Assembly: GCA_951406725.2 (NCBI GenBank)
Contig: OX597814.1
Span: forward strand, 9,548,001 to 9,612,000
Direction of reading: 5' to 3'
DNA from: Octopus vulgaris
Lineage: Eukaryota
Length of the DNA stretch: 64,000 bases
Position 1 is the stretch's first letter; every line of letters starts with the position of its first letter. Shown here piece after piece: positions 56,934-64,000 of this stretch. Below the pieces are notes generated by a model. It was not told the origin of the DNA. It ran no database searches and saw only the letters and a program-made list of their open reading frames with translations. The position numbers were made by a program, and so were the translations under genes.

Positions 56934-57134
56934 TTCAATAGGTGAATGAATTAACCTATGTTTATTGTCAGCATGGAAAATTCGTTGAACCGGTACCAGG
57001 GTAGCAAATTCGCGTCAGAAACACGGTTGAAGCGACCCGTCCAAGGTAGAAACTCCGGGTTTATTTGCAGAAAATTTGTGTGTTATATATGAATAAATGA
57101 AAGAATGGAGTCGAACGAAGATGTTAACAAAATT

Positions 57135-57228
57135 CCTTTACTCTCGACATATGTTTCGAAGACCACATGGTTTCATTCCAAAGGAATAAAGGGCGTATGA
57201 TGCAATTTTCTCATCAGGAAAGAAAAGG
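57135..57228 (-). ncRNA. Type I hammerhead ribozyme, canonical core, in (TA)n-flanked module 56933-57263
   Basis: ccttttctttc-CTGATGA-GAAAATTGCAT-(loop with hairpin)-ATGTGGTCTTC-GAAAC-ATAT-GTC-gagagtaaagg; ~11-bp stems I and II; palindromic loop III; predicted cut between 57146 and 57145. Confidence 0.8.
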
Positions 57229-57260
57229 AGCCTCTCTCGGCAACAAGACAAACAAAAATT

Positions 57261-57302
<42 letters not shown>

Positions 57303-57303
<1 letters not shown>

Positions 57304-57562
57304 ACTGGCACACCGTCGCTTACGATGACATGGACTCCATTTGATCCGATCAACAGAACAGGTTGCTCGTGAGATTAACGTGCATGTGAGTGAATAGTAA
57401 CATACTTTTCAGGGAGATTCAGCGTGAAATACAGGTATTACTCATTTTTGCCAGCTGAGTAGACTAGAACACCGTGAACATAAGTGCCTCGCTGAAGTGC
57501 ATAACACACTGCCGGGAATGAAACTCGCGAGCCGAATACCCTAACCACTAAGCCACGCACCT
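57303..57562 (-). mobile_element. tRNA-derived SINE (group 3-related), degenerate
   Basis: Head GGTGCGTGGCTTAGTGGTTAGGG; tail shared with 4139-4498. Confidence 0.75.
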
Positions 57563-57566
57563 TCAT

Positions 57567-57620
<54 letters not shown>

Positions 57621-57686
57621 TGTTTATTGCATCTCTTTTATTGTTTGTTTGTCTCTGTCTGTCTCTCTATATATACATGTATATAT

Positions 57687-57717
<31 letters not shown>

Positions 57718-57811
57718 CACATATGTATGTACACAAATATATTTACCTTTATATATTTGTATATACATGCATATGCATAAATACATGTGCTTACATACAT
57801 AAATACATATA

Positions 57812-57872
<61 letters not shown>

Positions 57873-58770
57873 CGCACACATATACGACTAAATATACATA
57901 TACATCTATCACCAACGCACACACACGCACACACACGCACACACACGCACACGCATATACATACTGTCCTCTGGTCTGGAGCAATAAATTCGCGATTGGT
58001 AACTAGTTAGCTAGCTAAACTAGATAACTACCTAATTAAAGTATCTAAATAAATCCAAGTTAATTTAGAAAAGCCACTAAGATATGTTCTGATTTTATTA
58101 TATATATCTCACACAATCAGTATAAAATGAATACACACATACAGTATATACACATAAAATATACACACATGCAATATACACACGTAGAAAATGATTCATA
58201 GGGAAGTTACGGTCATTTTGCTGCGCAGAATTTTAGCTTTCACGAAAGAACTATAGTTAAATAGGTCTGAAAGCAATCTTAATGCTAAAGTAAGCCACAG
58301 TGGCGCCATCTAAATCTAAGCGATTCTCTGCCTTGACACAAGTCGTTAAAATCTGATGATTTCCTAAACAGAACCATCATCCTACACACAATACAAGCGT
58401 ACAACAACACACACATATACATACTGTTATGTTCAAAGATTATACGCTCCAGAAATTTAAACATACGTACATACTTATACATCTATACATATAAAAATAT
58501 ATATAGAGATAAACAGACACATTTATATATCCCCTCACAGAAATGTTTTTAGGCCAGGAAACCATCACCTTTGAGTTCATTGCTAAATTTTATTGCTGTG
58601 ATGCGGCTTCTATCATGACAATACTTGCGAAAATATTGAAATCCTCGCAAAATCACGATGATCTACGACCTACAAGAAGACAGCGTTAAAAAAATCAGTG
58701 GCTCCTCTCTCTTTCTGCTGACAGTATATTTTTTTTAAAATTCTGTATCTACATACCGATATATAAATAA

Positions 58771-58819
<49 letters not shown>

Positions 58820-58856
58820 TATAAACATATATTATAAACACACACATATGTATGTA

Positions 58857-58898
<42 letters not shown>

Positions 58899-58900
58899 GT

Positions 58901-58932
<32 letters not shown>

Positions 58933-59146
58933 TTACACATACAAGCACACACAAATGCATATATTTACATATACATACATGTATATAAATGCATATATAC
59001 ATGTATACATGTTACATGTATACATATGTGTGTGTATTTGAGTGTTTGTGTGTGTATTTACATGTTTCTCAAATGTATTTGTTGACCTCAATGCTTCCCT
59101 GTCCGCCTATCCATGAACATACGTATGTAAATATCTTATTCATACA

Positions 59147-59392
59147 CAGTAATCCCTCGCCATATTGCTGTTCACCTACTGCGGTTCACCTATCGCGGTT
59201 CACCTTTCGCGGTTTATTATTTAAGCTTACGTCGATTCCTCCGTCGTATTTTGCATTTATAATAAAATAAATATATACAAATTATAAAAATAGAACAAAT
59301 ATATACAGTATAGTACTGTTTCTACTTCGCGGACTTTCACCTATCACGTGGGGTTTTGGATCGTAGCATCCGCGATAGTAGAAGGATTCCTG
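59147..59392. mobile_element. MITE, pogo/Tigger-like
   Basis: TIRs CAGTAATCCCTCG / GAAGGATTCCTG with internal (C)GCGGTTCACCT repeats. Confidence 0.75.
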
Positions 59393-59672
59393 TGTACTTA
59401 TCTATATATTCGTCAAAATAAAATATGAATCCATTTATGTATTGCTTGAATATTTTTACGCACACACACACACACGCACACACACACGCGCACATACGCG
59501 CACACATACATACGCACACACGCACGAACGCACGCATATACGTATATATATATATATGCATGTGTATGCACGTATGCCTGAATATATCCTTGCATATCTT
59601 TCTATCTCTGTGCATGTGTGTATACATACATATATATGTATATGTGTATATATATATATGTATATGTATATG

Positions 59673-59719
<47 letters not shown>

Positions 59720-59777
59720 AAAAGAATGGCTATATATATATCCTCGCGTTGTTGTCTTTTTGTTTTCTTGTTTGGAT

Positions 59778-59839
<62 letters not shown>

Positions 59840-59877
59840 TTATATATATATGTATATATGCATATATACATATATGT

Positions 59878-60070
59878 AGTGAGAATTTACAAAAAAAAAA
59901 AAAACAGAAGACGGAGACGGGTGTGTAAACAACAAACTGATGTATTAGTTTAACGCTCGGGAAGTAAGTTCTTACGTTTCGAGCCTACGCTCTTTGACAG
60001 AAAGGAACACAGAAATAAACAGGGAGAGAAAATAGAAAAAAGGTTTAGTGGCTAGAGATCTATCATGCCA
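59878..60070 (-). mobile_element. Short HHR-bearing module (family A)
   Basis: Motif 59970-60004: cttt-CTGTCAA-A-GAGC-gtag-GCTC-GAAAC-GTA-aga. Confidence 0.75.
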
Positions 60071-60244
60071 GCGCGAGAGAAGAGAGGTAGGTGGGAGGAA
60101 GTAAGTGTGAGAGGAAGAGAGGAGAGAGGAGGAGGGTTAGATGAAGAGGGGAGGAGAGTTGAGCCCATGTGGCGCAAAGGATCGAATGCATACATACATA
60201 CACAAGCGCACGCATACACATACATATACGCATAAATAAAGCCA

Positions 60245-60887
60245 TATAATATAACTGGTACGTACAGGAAATAGAAAGACGGCGTGAATTTCAACAAAGT
60301 AAGCATATATTTCTAACCCGAGACGTAGGTACGTTTCTGTGAAGCAGACGACTATAAAATATCTCTAATCCATCTATCAGCATAAAATCAGTAGGGAAAA
60401 ATTTGAAGTAAACGTGTTTATAAACTCGACTCATGGATAATATATTAAACAAGCTATATTAAACAAATTCGATGTTGGATGTTTCAGACAAAAATAGGGT
60501 TTTGTTCTTTTTGATATTGCTATTGCCCTTTTACTGGAAATTTAGATTTAAACAGATGAGTATTGTCATGTAGAGAATTTGTATCTCAAAGATATTTTCT
60601 CTGAGACTTATGATATTTCGAATGTGTTGTGACGGGAAATGGGTTGTAGTGTGATTTCTTTGTGATGAACTGAATGGATGTTTGTTATTTTATATAAAAA
60701 TAAACACAGATACAAAAATCAACTTTAAATTACTCTCTACTGATTTTCTGCTGGTGGGTAGATAGAGGCATGTTTTATAGTCGTCTGCCTCGCAGAAGCA
60801 TAACTACGTCTCGGGTTAGAAGTATATTCATATTATGTTGAGATGCACACCTTCGTTTTATTTCTTGCACTTAGCGTTTATATTACA
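60245..60887. mobile_element. Foldback/MITE-like element with ~160-bp diverged inverted arms
   Basis: 60245-60410 is the reverse complement of 60722-60887 (e.g. TTCTAACCCGAGACGTAG / CTACGTCTCGGGTTAGAA; GCAGACGACTATAAAA / TTTTATAGTCGTCTGC). Confidence 0.75.
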
Positions 60888-60893
60888 TGTTTG

Positions 60894-60926
<33 letters not shown>

Positions 60927-61041
60927 AGTGAGACATAGCTATATATTTCACTCATACTTATATATTTTTTATCTTGATATAAATAAGCACAGGTATAGCT
61001 ATATGATTAAGGAATTTGAACCTAGAACGTAATGGCACACG

Positions 61042-61281
61042 AAATACCTATTTCTTTACTACCCACAAGGGGCTAAACACAGGGAGGACAAACAAAGACA
61101 GACACACGGATTAAGTCGATTATATCGACCCCAGTGCGTAACTGGTACTTATTTAATCGACCCCGAAAGGATGAAAGGCAATGTCGACCTCGGCGGAATT
61201 TGAACTCAGAACGTAGCGGCAGACGAAATACGGCTACACATTTCGGCCGGCGTGCTAACATTTCTGCCACCTCGCCGCCTT
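61042..61281 (-). mobile_element. SINE group 2, full length
   Basis: GGCGGCGAGGTGGCAGAAA head, GAGTTCAAATTCC B box, tail TTTAGCCCCTTGTGGGTAGTAAAGAAATAGG. Confidence 0.9.
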
Positions 61282-61770
61282 AAGCAAGCATTTGATATTA
61301 AAAGTTAAATGATGTTCACGTGTATTTGTACAGATTTAGCAGTGTTAGGTGACGTAATGTCATTGCTGTCCATACTTTTATGTTCCGTTTATACATTAGT
61401 TTCTACCTTATGACTGTAACTCTCTCCACGAAATTTACATATTAATTGTTAGGTTTAGCAGCTCCAAAGAAGATTAATTCTTCTCTTTGGCACCAAGTGA
61501 ATAGAAGAATATTGCCACGTTGCAGTTACCGTTCTTTTTGCTCTTAATGTTCTCTGTGGGTGTTACACACACACACACACACGCACGCGCGCACGCACCT
61601 TCCCCCACCACACAAGCATTCGTAGAAGCATGTCTAGTAATGTAGTGGTTCAATAAATAAGATCTATAAAACTGGGTCGATACGATCGACGAAAATCCTT
61701 CAAGGCGGAGTCCTAGCGTAGCTGCAACCGATACAAAGAGAAGGAAAAATATTGATATACGTGTATATCC

Positions 61771-61829
<59 letters not shown>

Positions 61830-61830
<1 letters not shown>

Positions 61831-62232
61831 ACTCTCTTTTACTTGTTTCAGTCATTTGACTGCGGCCATGCTGGAGCACCGCCTTTAATCGAGCAACTCG
61901 CCCCTGGGACTTATTCTCTTTGTAAGCCCAGTACTTATTCTATCGGTCTCTTTTGCCAAACCGCTAAGTAACGAGGACATAAACACACCAGCATCGGTTG
62001 TCAAGCAATGCTAGGGGGGCAAACACAGACACACAACACACACACACATAAATATACATGCATATATACGACAGGCTTCTTTCAGTTTCCACCTACCAAA
62101 TCCACTCACAAGGCTTTGGCCGGCCCGAGGCTATAGTAGAAGACACTTGCCCAAGGCGCCACGCAGTGGGACTGAACCCGGAACCATGTGGTTGGTAAAC
62201 AAGCTACTTACCACACAGCCACTCCTGCGCCT
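61830..62232 (-). mobile_element. SINE group 1, full length
   Basis: Matches other copies. Confidence 0.93.
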
Positions 62233-62248
62233 TTAGCCACTCCTGTGC

Positions 62249-62323
<75 letters not shown>

Positions 62324-62330
62324 ATATATG

Positions 62331-62550
62331 TAGGCACAGGCGTGGCTGTGTGATAAGAAGCTTGCTTCCCAACCAAATGGTTCCGGGTTCAGTCCCACTG
62401 CGTGGCACCTTGAGCAAGTGACTTCTACTATAGCCACGCGCCGACCAAAGCCTTGTGAGTGAATATATACATACGTGTATATATTTGTGTGGTCCGACTA
62501 AAGGCGGTGCTCCAGCATGGCCGCAATCAACTGACTGAAACAAGTAAAAG
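62331..62550 (+). mobile_element. SINE group 1, internally deleted
   Basis: Head and tail of group 1 with the middle missing. Confidence 0.88.
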
Positions 62551-62766
62551 AATATATATATACATGTACACACACACACACACACACACATATTTTTTTG
62601 TGTTTATCAAGTATTAAAGGTTGTCGAGGTTATATAGGATCCGATCCAATTGACAACGTAGGTGAGGTAGGTACAATAAATTCAGGGTGAATACTTGATA
62701 AATGTAAGCACCTGTATATGCCACCTAGTAGCATAGGTGAGAGGATATATGTATCAAATGAAATAA

Positions 62767-62904
62767 AATGAAAAACAGGACACAAAGGATGTCGCGGTAC
62801 ATATGTTTCGAGCTTTATAGAATAAAGTGGTTCTATTTAAGAATAAGTGGTTCTATAAAGCTCGAAACATATGTACCGCGACATCCTTTGTGTCCCTGTT
62901 TTTC

Positions 62905-62907
<3 letters not shown>
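62767..62907. repeat. Near-perfect palindrome (56/57-bp arms, 28-nt spacer) containing the 3' half of a hammerhead
   Basis: Arms 62767-62822 and 62851-62907 differ by one indel; GCTC-GAAAC-ATAT-GTA at 62860-62875. Confidence 0.9.
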
Positions 62908-62950
<43 letters not shown>

Positions 62951-63164
62951 GAAAATGGAGAAATTATTTGCATTGGTTCCTGATTAACTCTTGTTCATAC
63001 TGTTGTTATCTGTACTCTACGTGCATGCTGTGTCTGCACACCATTGCTCGGGGATAATACAGGTAACGAATACCGATAGTATGTACAGATATTTTATCCC
63101 TTAGTCGGTTACTATAACTGCTAGCTCTGTTTACATTATGTATGTATATATATATATATCCTTC

Positions 63165-63369
63165 AAAATGTGACCGCGTGTGTACTGTTGGCGATTTTTT
63201 CCCTCTGTCTTCCCTTCTCTGGATATTTCCTTCTCCTATGTTTCCGACGAAGAGCTCCGCTCGAAATGTTAAACCCTCCTTTCCTTCTTTCCTGAGCGTC
63301 CAATAATACTATATTTGATCCACGTCCTCGCGTTGTTGTGTTTTTTTGTGCTTTCTTGATTGGATTAAC

Positions 63370-63370
<1 letters not shown>
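63165..63370 (+). mobile_element. Short HHR-bearing module (family B)
   Basis: Reverse complement of 10978-11175; motif 63240-63274 gttt-CCGACGA-A-GAGC-tcc-GCTC-GAAAT-GTT-aaac. Confidence 0.75.
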
Positions 63371-63429
<59 letters not shown>

Positions 63430-63651
63430 ACGACCATTATGTTTAACTTGTTTCTTATATATATCCCTCTGTGTAAAAACCAGTTTATCTGGAGACCATC
63501 CACGTATTTACAATACAGAATTGGGATGAACCCCAACCTGGGACCTTACCAAAAGATTACCCGGAGTCCTTCACTAATCTAAATAATATTGTTAGCCTGG
63601 TGTGCCAACAAAGAGCTTACGAAGTATTTTGCCCCGATTGATAATCCCTCA

Positions 63652-63713
<62 letters not shown>

Positions 63714-64000
63714 GACAGGAGCTCTTTCCAAGTGGATTGAGGGAAATCGCTCTTTCGTCTGTTTAACGGTACTGAGCGTATAATTTAAACGCCATTATGT
63801 CTCATGGGGACATTAATAAATGTATTTAAAAAAATCATTTGTATATACGTTTCTATGCTTACAGACGAATCTTTCATTTTCGTTAATCCACGGATATATT
63901 ATTTCATGTTTAGCATATAAAGATTACTGAATTATGATGTATGGTCTTCTCATATTTTAACTTAATTTTTTTTTTTTCATCTTATGTTAAGTAATATTGG

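Overview
AT-rich, microsatellite-saturated eukaryotic DNA, most likely from an octopus (coleoid cephalopod). That assignment is inferred from the tRNA-derived SINE families and repeat landscape, not from a database search. No intact host protein-coding gene is recognisable, and nearly all ORFs in the supplied track are microsatellite or SINE artefacts. The window is a mosaic of three tRNA-SINE groups, decayed LINEs (CR1-like, R4/Dong-like, Tx1-like), Penelope-like element (PLE) remnants, Helitrons, Tc1/mariner fragments and MITE/foldback elements. A possible promoter with minus-strand spliced exons lies at about 40.8-45.6 kb. The most striking unannotated signal is roughly 15-18 minimal type I hammerhead-ribozyme (HHR)-like motifs from several unrelated short (150-350 bp) modules, mostly embedded in (TA)n arrays. 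Two have a canonical catalytic core (18797-18854, 57135-57228, both minus strand). One five-copy family has a fixed non-canonical core CUGUN(G)A. One palindrome (62767-62907) folds back exactly at the ribozyme stem II. Coordinates of decayed repeats are approximate (+/- tens of bp).
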